Assembly: GCA_052325545.1 (NCBI GenBank)
Contig: JBKQUP010000037.1
Coordinates: forward strand, 48,459-112,458
Length of the DNA: 64,000 nt
DNA from: Thermoplasmata archaeon
GTDB lineage: Archaea > Thermoplasmatota > Thermoplasmata > Lutacidiplasmatales > UBA184
Reading direction: 5' to 3'
Shown: positions 53,246 to 61,428 of the stretch, one piece after another
Layout of the letters: each line of letters begins with the position of its first letter
Numbering within the stretch: position 1 is the first letter of the stretch
Translations under genes and position numbers: made by a program
The notes under the pieces: model-generated
Database searches by the model: none
What the model was told of the DNA's origin: nothing
The model's input: the letters and a program-made list of their open reading frames with translations, nothing else

Positions 53246-53641
53246 GTGGCCCTACCCGCGAAGCTCCAGAACGATATTCGACAGTTCCAGCGCCTACAGG
53301 CGGAGCTGGGGTCCGTCCAGCAGCAGCGCCTCCAGATCGACCTGAAGCTCCGCGAGGTGTCGCACACGCTCGAGGAGCTCAAGACCCTCCCCGAGGACGC
53401 TGTCGTGTACCGGCCGATCGGCGGCCTGCTCGTCCGCGCGAAGAACCGCAAGGAGGTCGAGGACCTCCTGACCGAGGACAAGGAGACGACGGAGGTTCGC
53501 TTGAAGGCGGTCGAGCGCCAAGAGAACCACCTCAAAGAGCGGTACACCACGATGCAGCAGGACCTCTCGCAGGCGCTGCAGGCCGCGGGCGCCGTGCCCC
53601 AGCAAGGGTCGAGCTCCTCTTCCGACTCGCCCGAGAGCTAA
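53246..53641 (+). CDS. pfdB: Prefoldin beta subunit
   Basis: In-frame GTG at 53246 gives (M)ALPAKLQNDIRQFQRLQAELGSVQQQ ... VYRPIGGLLVRA ... coiled coil. Hidden inside track ORF 52937..53641. Confidence 0.7.
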   Translation: MALPAKLQNDIRQFQRLQAELGSVQQQRLQIDLKLREVSHTLEELKTLPEDAVVYRPIGGLLVRAKNRKEVEDLLTEDKETTEVRLKAVERQENHLKERYTTMQQDLSQALQAAGAVPQQGSSSSSDSPES

Positions 53642-53667
53642 CGAACGGACGCGCCGCTCGGCGTGTG

Positions 53668-54729
53668 TCAGGCCTTTCGGCGGACCAGCCGCTCCGCGAC
53701 TTCCTTCAATAGCGGCTTGCCCCGGGTCGGGATCGTCCGGCTTCGGTCGACGCACCGCAGCGAGGCTCGGGTGAGCTCGTCGATCCGCTTCTCGGAGTAG
53801 TCGAGGCTGCCGGTGTCACGGATCACGTTCCTCGCCCGCTCCACGTCCTCGGGCGTCGCCTGGGAGTTCCCGAGAACGCGGGAGAGCCGGGACCGGTCGG
53901 CCTCGGAGCCGCTGGCCCACGCCTTCACGACGAGCAGGGTCCTCTTGCCCTCGACGAGGTCGTTCGAGCTCTTCCCCGACGCCTCGGCGTCGAACCCGGC
54001 GCCGAGGACGTCGTCCCGCAACTGGAACGCGATCCCGATGTTCGTCCCGAACGTCTCGATGTCCCGCAGGCGAGGGAGGGAGCTTCCGCCGAGAAGGGCC
54101 CCGATCTTCAGCGGGGAGACCACGGTGTAGATCGCGGACTTGAACCGGTGGACCGCGAGGACATCCTCCTCCCGGACGGAGCCCGGGTCGAGGACGCCGC
54201 TGCGGATGTCCAGGAGCTGACCGAACGCCGTGCACCGGGTCATTCGCACGTACTCGGCCAACGCCGCCAGGCGAGCGGCCGGGGGGGCGCGTGTCGATAG
54301 GATCGCCTCGACCGTGAACGGCTCCTCCAGGTCGCCGAGGGTGATGCCGATGCCGACCCCGTAGTCCTCGCTCGACCCCTCGCGGCGCTCGCGCCCGTGC
54401 GCCGCCGCCATCGCCCGGTGGACGGTGGGTCCCCCCCTCCGTTCCTCCGCGTGGTCGATGATGTCGTCGTGGATCAGCATCCAGCTCTGGAAATGTTCGA
54501 GCGCGGCCGCCGCCGGCAGGGCGGGACGGGGGTTCCGTCCGGTGGCCAGGTAGTACCCCGCGAGCACCAGAATAGCTCGGAACCGCTTGCCTCCCCGGAG
54601 CGTGAACTCCTCGTTCACCTCGAGATACGGCCGGAGCTCGCGAGGCGACCGAGCGATCGTTCGGCGGTACGACGACGTCAGCTCGCGTTCGAGAGGAGGT
54701 AGGAATCGATAGAGAGTGGCGAGGTCCAC
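53668..54729 (-). CDS. idsA: Polyprenyl (geranylgeranyl) diphosphate synthase
   Basis: First DDxxD in MLIHDDIIDHAEERRG. Second in FQLRDDVLG. GKSSNDLVEGKRT. Confidence 0.85.
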   Translation of the reverse strand: MDLATLYRFLPPLERELTSSYRRTIARSPRELRPYLEVNEEFTLRGGKRFRAILVLAGYYLATGRNPRPALPAAAALEHFQSWMLIHDDIIDHAEERRGGPTVHRAMAAAHGRERREGSSEDYGVGIGITLGDLEEPFTVEAILSTRAPPAARLAALAEYVRMTRCTAFGQLLDIRSGVLDPGSVREEDVLAVHRFKSAIYTVVSPLKIGALLGGSSLPRLRDIETFGTNIGIAFQLRDDVLGAGFDAEASGKSSNDLVEGKRTLLVVKAWASGSEADRSRLSRVLGNSQATPEDVERARNVIRDTGSLDYSEKRIDELTRASLRCVDRSRTIPTRGKPLLKEVAERLVRRKA

Positions 54730-54784
54730 GGCAGGTGCGTCTGGACGTCCATCCTATTTAACGGACCGGGCATTCGCGGACGTG

Positions 54785-55927
54785 ATGGCGTCAACTCCGT
54801 TCGTGACTCTCGCGAGCGCGCTCGTGGAAGCGATGGGCCAGCGGCTCGACGCGGCGAAGCCGACCCCCGAGGGTCTCGCGCTCCGGACGAGCGACGGATT
54901 CCTCTACTCGTTCCTCGAGGACCCTAACACCGTGTCGCTCGAGACCATTCGCCAGCTGCTCGGGGGCGAAGGGAACGTTCTCGTGCGGCTGGTCGTACTC
55001 ACCCCCGGGCATCTCCCCCTCGCGTTCTCCCAGGAGATCACGAACCACGGAGGGACGCTGGTCGAAGGAGCCCGCTTCGCCGAGCTTGCCCGACAGCTCG
55101 GATTGGAGACGTACCTCGGCCAAGAGCCCCGACCCCCGCCGAAGGAGGCCCGACGGCTCCTGCCGAGCGCCCAGCAGCTGGACGGGATCATGCACCGCGC
55201 CCGGACCTGGCTCGACTGGGGCGTACCCGCCCTCTCCCTCCGATTCTATCGGCAGGCCACGGAGCTGAAGCCGGGGTTCCTGCCCGCCCGGGTCGGGGTC
55301 GGCCGGTCCCTGCTGGGACTCGGGCTGATCGATGACGCCGACCGAGCGTTCAATGAGGTCCTCGCGATCCGGCCGGAGGACGTCGAGGCCCGGCTCGGAA
55401 AGGGAGCGGTCCTCGGGGCGCGCGCCCGACCGAAGGAGGAGGTCGCGGCCTACCGGAAGCTGCTCGCGGAGGACGACTCGCGGACTGAGGTGCATGCCCA
55501 TCTCCTCGCCGCGCTCATCGAACTCGGCGACTGGGCGAGAGCGAAGACCGAGATCGAGGCGCTCCTTGCCAAGACCCCCGAAGAGCCCCAACTGCGGTTC
55601 CTCCACTCGGAGGCGCTCGCGCGGACGGGCGACAAGACGAAGGGTCAGGAAGAACGGCTGGAAGCGCGACGGCTCGGCCTCACGTACGAGCGAGAAGCGG
55701 CCCTCTGCAAGCATCTCGGCCTACCGGTCCCCGAGCCTCCCACTCCCCCGGAGGCGGCCGTGCCGCCCTCGGCGCCTCCCGCTCCCAAGAGGCTTTCCAC
55801 CCTGAAGAAGGTGCCCCGCCGGCAGAAGAAGGCCTCGTCCCCGGCCAAGACGACTCCCGCTCGCGCTCCCGCCCCCACCCCGAGTCCGGGCGCCCGCGGT
55901 TCCGACGTCCCCCGCAAACGTAAGTAG
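54785..55927 (+). CDS. TPR-repeat protein with an unassigned N-terminal domain and a Lys/Pro-rich tail
   Basis: ATG at 54785 preferred. 34-aa TPR-like units from about ALSLRFYRQATELKP onward. The N-terminal 110 aa only vaguely resemble a restriction-endonuclease-like fold. Confidence 0.55.
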   Translation: MASTPFVTLASALVEAMGQRLDAAKPTPEGLALRTSDGFLYSFLEDPNTVSLETIRQLLGGEGNVLVRLVVLTPGHLPLAFSQEITNHGGTLVEGARFAELARQLGLETYLGQEPRPPPKEARRLLPSAQQLDGIMHRARTWLDWGVPALSLRFYRQATELKPGFLPARVGVGRSLLGLGLIDDADRAFNEVLAIRPEDVEARLGKGAVLGARARPKEEVAAYRKLLAEDDSRTEVHAHLLAALIELGDWARAKTEIEALLAKTPEEPQLRFLHSEALARTGDKTKGQEERLEARRLGLTYEREAALCKHLGLPVPEPPTPPEAAVPPSAPPAPKRLSTLKKVPRRQKKASSPAKTTPARAPAPTPSPGARGSDVPRKRK

Positions 55928-55961
55928 GCCGACGCCGACTCGGAACCCCGCCGGAGGCTGG

Positions 55962-56867
55962 ATGCGGGTCATCTCGGTGTTGCCAAGCGCAACGGAGATC
56001 GTTGATGCGCTCGGCCACGGCTCGGAACTGGTGGGCCGAAGCTCCGAGTGCGACTTCCCCTCGGAGGTCCGGAACCTCCCCGTCGTCATGCGCCCGCGAA
56101 CTTGGGATGCGGACCGCCCTTCGAGAGAGATCGATGAGCGCGTGCGGCGTGCCCGTACCCGAAGAGAGAGCCTCTACGAACTCGACGTCGACCTTCTCCG
56201 GGAGCTGAAGCCCGACCTCCTGCTGACCCAGAACCTCTGCGGCGTCTGCTCCGTCACGGAGGAGGAGGTAGCCGCCGCGTGCGTCCGGGCCGGGGTCCGG
56301 CCTCGTGTCGTCTCGCTCGCGCCGACCAATCTCCCGCAGGTCTGGGACTCCGTCGAGACCGTCGGCGGGGCACTCGGAGACGCCGATCGCGGGGGGGAGC
56401 TCGCACGTTCGTTGCGGAGCCGCACCCGACCCGGCCCCTCCACGGGACGGACCGTGGCGGTCGTCGAATGGCTCGACCCGCCGATCCTCGCGGGCCTTTG
56501 GACCCCCGACCTCGTTTCCGCCGCGGGAGGGGCGCCCGTGGGTCCGGCTTCCTCCGAGCCGGGGGCCCGAACGACCTGGCCCGAGCTGGCCTCGGCACCC
56601 CCGGACCTCCTGGTGGTGAGCCCGTGCAGCTTTTCGGTCGCGCGGTCGAAGCATGAGCTAGAGAACGACCCGGCCCTCCTCGCGGCGGTCCGCTCGGTGC
56701 GATCTCCCTTGGGGGTCTTCGTCGCGGATGAAGCGTACTTCAGCCGTCCGGGCCCGCGTCTCGCCGCGGGCGCCGAGCTGATCCGAACGCTGCTCGAGGG
56801 CGGGAAGCCGCAGGGACCGATGCCGGTCGAATCGCTTCCGCCCGGGCCTTCCGAGATGAGCCCATGA
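55962..56867 (+). CDS. Class III (BtuF/FhuD-like) substrate-binding-protein fold, without a signal peptide
   Basis: MRVISVLPSATEIVDALGHGSELVGRSSECDFP ... KPDLLLTQ follows the Peripla_BP_2 pattern. The N-terminus has no hydrophobic leader or lipobox. Confidence 0.55.
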   Translation: MRVISVLPSATEIVDALGHGSELVGRSSECDFPSEVRNLPVVMRPRTWDADRPSREIDERVRRARTRRESLYELDVDLLRELKPDLLLTQNLCGVCSVTEEEVAAACVRAGVRPRVVSLAPTNLPQVWDSVETVGGALGDADRGGELARSLRSRTRPGPSTGRTVAVVEWLDPPILAGLWTPDLVSAAGGAPVGPASSEPGARTTWPELASAPPDLLVVSPCSFSVARSKHELENDPALLAAVRSVRSPLGVFVADEAYFSRPGPRLAAGAELIRTLLEGGKPQGPMPVESLPPGPSEMSP

Positions 56868-57577
56868 CCCGCGGGCCGTACTACTACCCCGTCTGGACGC
56901 CGGCCGCTCCCCCGCCGACCACCCATCCCACCTCCCGGACCGAACTGGTCCACGTCACGGTCGCGTTCCTGGTGCTGACGGCGGACCTCATGATCATCCT
57001 CAGCGGTCGAGGCCTCCTAGAGGGCGGGACCCTCTCCGGCCTCGTTGCCCCGATACCGCTCTTCTACGTTCTGCTCGCCGTGGCGGCGGCCCTGACCGGC
57101 TTCATCGCCCACGAGATGGCCCACAAACTGGTCGCCCGCCGGCTCGGGTTCTGGGCCGAGTTCCGGATGTGGCCGACCGGCCTGTTCCTCTCGATCATCA
57201 GCTCGGCCGGCGGCTTCCTGTTCGCCGCGCCGGGGGCGACGATGGTGGACGGCATGGACCCGAGGGACCGCCGAGGCTGGGGACAGACGGGGGTCGCGGG
57301 CCCGGTGTCGAACCTCCTCTTCGCCGCCGGCTTCTATGCGGCTTCCCTCGTTACGTTCGACCTCGGTTCGGACGTGTCGGGCGCGTTATTGTTCCTCGCG
57401 ATGATCAACACCCTGTTCGCGACGTTCAACCTCCTGCCGATCGGTCTACTGGACGGAGCCAAGGTCTTTCGATGGGGCGTGGGCCGCTGGGCCGTCTCGT
57501 TCGCTGTGGCCGCGGCCTTCCTCGCCGTGAGCTACACCGCCCTCTATTCCTATGGAACGCCATTCCTAGCGTGGTGA
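56864..57577 (+). CDS. M50 (site-2 protease family) membrane metalloprotease
   Basis: HEMAHKLVARRLG (HExxH) and FNLLPIGLLDG (NxxPxxxLDG). Multi-TM. ATGA overlap with the upstream gene. Confidence 0.75.
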   Translation: MTRGPYYYPVWTPAAPPPTTHPTSRTELVHVTVAFLVLTADLMIILSGRGLLEGGTLSGLVAPIPLFYVLLAVAAALTGFIAHEMAHKLVARRLGFWAEFRMWPTGLFLSIISSAGGFLFAAPGATMVDGMDPRDRRGWGQTGVAGPVSNLLFAAGFYAASLVTFDLGSDVSGALLFLAMINTLFATFNLLPIGLLDGAKVFRWGVGRWAVSFAVAAAFLAVSYTALYSYGTPFLAW

Positions 57578-57587
57578 TCGAACTCCC

Positions 57588-58529
57588 ATGACGGCTCCTC
57601 GCGTCCGAGAACTGGGTCGGGGGCGCCTCCTGCTCGACCTCGATTTCCGGGACACCGAGGGGCTCGTGGCCGCGTACCTGCTGCCGGAGACCGAGGGCTG
57701 GACCCTCGTGGAGACCGGTCCGTCGACCTGCCGGGAGGCACTGCTCGCGGGGGTCGCGCAGGCCGGGGTCTCCCCCGAGGAGGTCCGCCACGTCTTCGTG
57801 ACTCACGTCCATCTGGACCATGCCGGGGGAATGGGAGCGGTCGTTGACGCGTTCCCGAAAGCGACCTTCTATGCGCACGAGCTCGGGGTCCCGCACATGG
57901 TCGACCCGGCGCGTCTCGTCGCGAGCGCCCGTCGCGCCTGGGGGACCGCGGCCTCCGACCGGTTGTGGGGAACGATCGCCCCGGTGCCGGCGCAGCGGAT
58001 CGTGGCGCTGCGCGGGGGGGAGCGCTTCCCAATCGACCACGGCGAGCTCGAGGTCCTCGCGACGCCCGGGCATGCCCGCCACCACCTTGCGTTCTTCGAC
58101 ACCGCTCTCCGCGGCGTCTTCACGGGGGACGGAGCGGGGGTCCGGCTCGAGCACTCGTCGCACCTGCGGCCGGCGGTCCCGCCACCCGACCTCGACCTGG
58201 AACAGCTGTTCGCGAGCCTGGACGTGATGCGCCGGACCGACCCGAAGGTCGTCCTGTTCAGCCACTTCGGCCCCAGTCCCGATGGCGCGGCCGACCTCAC
58301 TCGCTACCGCACGATTGTGGAACAGTGGCGGGACGTCGCGCTTTCGGCCGCCCGGGAGAAAGCGGACCCCGAGCACGTCGCCGGGCGTCTGAAGGCGTAT
58401 GACATGAACGCGCCGGCCGGCGCCGCGCCGACCGAGGGGGAGTCGATCATCTCGAGCTACGCCCTCGCCGCCCAGGGGTTCCTCCGGTACTTCGAAACAC
58501 GAGGGCTCCTAGGACGGGACCCGAAGTGA
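57588..58529 (+). CDS. Metallo-beta-lactamase-fold hydrolase
   Basis: VFVTHVHLDHAGG (HxHxDH) and later TPGHARHH. Confidence 0.75.
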   Translation: MTAPRVRELGRGRLLLDLDFRDTEGLVAAYLLPETEGWTLVETGPSTCREALLAGVAQAGVSPEEVRHVFVTHVHLDHAGGMGAVVDAFPKATFYAHELGVPHMVDPARLVASARRAWGTAASDRLWGTIAPVPAQRIVALRGGERFPIDHGELEVLATPGHARHHLAFFDTALRGVFTGDGAGVRLEHSSHLRPAVPPPDLDLEQLFASLDVMRRTDPKVVLFSHFGPSPDGAADLTRYRTIVEQWRDVALSAAREKADPEHVAGRLKAYDMNAPAGAAPTEGESIISSYALAAQGFLRYFETRGLLGRDPK

Positions 58530-59749
58530 CCGACCTCGACCCCGCGGAACGGCGCGCGGCGGCCAGTGTACTGGTCCTGGCCCGTATCGTGTACGCGTTC
58601 AGCTGGTACAATATCGGTGCGGTGCTTCCGCTCGTCGGGAAGGGGCTCGACGCCAACACTGAACAGCTCGGGATCATCCTCGGCGCGTTCCTAGTGGGAG
58701 CCGGGATCTTCCAGGTCCCGGCGGGGTTCTGGGCGATGCGCCGGGGGTTTCGGAGCACCTCGATCTTCGCGCTGGCGCTCATGGGAACGTTCTGCCTTGC
58801 TTCGGCGTTCTCGCCCGACTGGCTGATACTGGCCCTCCTCCGCTTCGGCGCCGGGGCCGGGGCGGCCTTCTTCTTTGCCCCGGCGCTCGGGCTCGTCTCA
58901 TCGTACTATCCGGTGGGGTCCCGGGGACCGGTGATCGGGATCTACAACTCGGGGTTCGCCATCGGTTCAGCCATCGGTCTCCTTGGCGGCGCCCTCATCG
59001 GAGCGTTCGCGGGATGGCAGTGGGCCCTCGCGGTCGGAGGGTTGGGGCTCCTCGTCCTCTGCGCCGGCGCGGCCATCTCGCTGCCTCCGCTCCACATGAC
59101 TGGCCTCCCCGCGAACTGGAAGGCCGCCTGGAAGGCCGGCAAACCGATCCTCAGCTCCCGCAACCTGTGGGCCCTGGCGCTCGGACTGTGTGGTGCGTGG
59201 GCGGCGTTCTACATCGCGGCCCAGTACTTCGTGCAGTACGCCAAATCGGTCCATCCCGGCTGGCCCATCGCACTCGCCGCGGGCCTGCCGACCGCGATGA
59301 TCCTGACGGAAGTGCTCGGAGGGCCGATCGGTGGCTGGTTCGCGGAGCGGCGGGCCGATATGCGCAGGATCCTCGTCCTGTGGGGGATCGCGTCCGGGGC
59401 AGGACTGCTGCTCATCCCGTTCCTTCCGCTCGACGCCCTGTGGCCGTTGTTCATCTTCCTTGGGTTCGCGGACGGCGTCCTGTTCGCGGTCCTCTACCTG
59501 GTCCCGACCTACCTGCCCGAAGGTCGCGGGGAGAACACGGCGCTCGCGATCGGCTTCGTGAACGCGATCCAACTCTTCTCCGGGAGCCTGTTCGCCATCA
59601 TCTTCGGCGTGCTCGTCGGAGTGGTCGGCTACGAGACCAGCTGGGTGTTCGCCGCCGCCCTTACGGTGGGGTTCCTTCCGCTACTGTACTTCTTGAAGGT
59701 CCCGAGGTCCGGCTCGGCGGACCCGGCTGGGGAACCCGCGCTTCCCTGA
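58526..59749 (+). CDS. MFS transporter
   Basis: 407 aa with about 12 hydrophobic segments and a MRRGFRST loop between TM2 and TM3. 4-nt overlap with the MBL gene. Confidence 0.7.
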   Translation: MTDLDPAERRAAASVLVLARIVYAFSWYNIGAVLPLVGKGLDANTEQLGIILGAFLVGAGIFQVPAGFWAMRRGFRSTSIFALALMGTFCLASAFSPDWLILALLRFGAGAGAAFFFAPALGLVSSYYPVGSRGPVIGIYNSGFAIGSAIGLLGGALIGAFAGWQWALAVGGLGLLVLCAGAAISLPPLHMTGLPANWKAAWKAGKPILSSRNLWALALGLCGAWAAFYIAAQYFVQYAKSVHPGWPIALAAGLPTAMILTEVLGGPIGGWFAERRADMRRILVLWGIASGAGLLLIPFLPLDALWPLFIFLGFADGVLFAVLYLVPTYLPEGRGENTALAIGFVNAIQLFSGSLFAIIFGVLVGVVGYETSWVFAAALTVGFLPLLYFLKVPRSGSADPAGEPALP

Positions 59750-61171
59750 CCGCGGGCCGTCGTCCTCCACGAGAGTCACTAGGTTGGTCGGGCGCCCGGC
59801 GACGGGATAGCCGGCGGTGAGGACCATCGGCCCGGTCGACGAAAGCCCGGCGACCTCGAAGAGCTCGAGCGAACGCTGGCGCAGCGATTGAAGGTCGCTC
59901 TGGGCGGCCGCGGGGTACGACCGCACCGCCCGAACGAGGGAAAGATGCCTTCGCACCGACTCCGAGCTCGAGAGAGCGAGGACCGGGCAGGTGGGCCGCA
60001 GGGCCGCGATGAGCCGGGCGGTGCGGCCCGAGTGCGTGGGCGTGACGATCGCTCGGGCGTGGACGTTCTCGGCAAGGTTCACCGCGGCGCGCGCGACCGA
60101 AAGCTCGGCCCCGCCAGGTTCGCGGGAGCGGACCATCGCCCGCCCCGGTAGTGGGTCGAACGCGACCTCGGTGGCGCGGGCGATCCGGTCGAGCCACCGG
60201 ACGGCCTCGAAGGGGTACTGGCCGACGGCGCTCTCCTCGCTCAGCATGACGGCGTCGGCGCCGTCCAAGACCGCATTCGCGACGTCCGTCGCCTCGGCCC
60301 TCGTCGGACGGGGGGAGGTGAGCATGCTGAGGAGCATCTGGGTGGCCACGATCGAGAACCGACCGGCGGCGTTGGCTTTCCGGACGAGCATCTTCTGCTC
60401 GAGCGCCAACCGCGCGAGCGGCACCTCGATCCCGAGGTCTCCGCGAGCCACCATGATCCCGTCCGCGGAGCGGAGGATGCCGTCGATCGAGCCGAGGGCT
60501 TCGGCCCGCTCGATCTTGGCAATGATGCCGACCGTCCGACCTCCGGGACGCGCGTCGAGCCATCGCCGGGCCGTGAGCACGTCCTCTTCGTCCCGCACGA
60601 AGGAGAGCGCGAGATAATCGAACCCCTCCTCGAGGGCGAGGGCCGTGTCCGCCCGGTCCTTGGGCCCGAATGCGGCGGTCCGGAGACGGGCCCGGGGCAG
60701 GGAGATCCCTTCGTGCGAGCGGACTACTCCCCCGTTGACCACGCGGGTTTCGATCGTTCCCGGGCCTGTGCCCTCGACCGAGAGCTCCACGTCTCCGTCC
60801 CCGAGGAACACGGGGTCGCCCCGGCGGGCCGCGCGCTCGAACGAGGGGATCTCCACGTACGTCCGGTGCTCGTCCCCCGGAGCGGGGTCCCGGTCGAGGG
60901 TCCACCGTCCGCCTCGGGACAACCGAACGGTGCCTCCGGCGAGCTCCCCGACCCGGAGTTTCGGTCCTTGGACGTCCACCACCACGGCCGCTTCGCGTCG
61001 CGCACGACGACATACCTGGTGCAGCCGCCGCAGGGTGGCGCGGTGCTCCCCGCTCGTCCCGTGGGAGACATTGATCCGGAACGCGTCGGCCCCCGATTCC
61101 AGCAGCTTGAGCAATCGGTCGGCGCGGTCCGTCGCAGGGCCAATGGTGGCCAGGATCTTGGTACGGCGCAT
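59681..61171 (-). CDS. pyk: Pyruvate kinase
   Basis: MRRTKILATIGPAT, IIAKIERAEAL, MVARGDLGIEVP, PTRAEATDVANAVLDGADAVMLSEESA. ATG at 61171 preferred over 61192. Confidence 0.9.
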   Translation of the reverse strand: MRRTKILATIGPATDRADRLLKLLESGADAFRINVSHGTSGEHRATLRRLHQVCRRARREAAVVVDVQGPKLRVGELAGGTVRLSRGGRWTLDRDPAPGDEHRTYVEIPSFERAARRGDPVFLGDGDVELSVEGTGPGTIETRVVNGGVVRSHEGISLPRARLRTAAFGPKDRADTALALEEGFDYLALSFVRDEEDVLTARRWLDARPGGRTVGIIAKIERAEALGSIDGILRSADGIMVARGDLGIEVPLARLALEQKMLVRKANAAGRFSIVATQMLLSMLTSPRPTRAEATDVANAVLDGADAVMLSEESAVGQYPFEAVRWLDRIARATEVAFDPLPGRAMVRSREPGGAELSVARAAVNLAENVHARAIVTPTHSGRTARLIAALRPTCPVLALSSSESVRRHLSLVRAVRSYPAAAQSDLQSLRQRSLELFEVAGLSSTGPMVLTAGYPVAGRPTNLVTLVEDDGPRSGKRGFPSRVRRAGPRDLQEVQ

Positions 61172-61262
61172 CGAACCCCCATTGGGAGGCACCGTAAAAC
61201 CGTCCGGGGCCGACCGGCAATGCGCCGCTCATTCTTTTGTAGAGGACCCCGGATGTCCGAGC

Positions 61263-61335
61263 AGCCCCGTGGTGTAGTGGCCAAGCATGCTGGCCTTTGG
61301 AGCCGGCGACAGCGGTTCGAATCCGCTCGGGGCTA
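61263..61335 (+). tRNA. tRNA-Gln (anticodon UUG)
   Basis: Hand-folded cloverleaf. Acceptor AGCCCCG/CGGGGCT, anticodon stem CTGGC/GCCGG with loop CTTTGGA, T-arm AGCGG-TTCGAAT-CCGCT, discriminator A, no encoded CCA. A T-rich TTCTTTTGTAGA lies about 20-30 nt upstream. Confidence 0.85.
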
Positions 61336-61428
61336 CAAATCTCTCCGGTTTGTCCTCATCGGCCAAGTCTTGACGTACCGCGTGACGGTAGCGGGAAGAT
61401 TCCGTCCCAGACGCTCCCGTGTCAGCCT

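Noticed and set aside
59661-61232. 523-aa minus-strand ORF overlapping pyruvate kinase
   Set aside because: It is an alternative frame of pyk. The pyk frame carries all canonical motifs, and this frame gives Arg/Gly/Pro noise.
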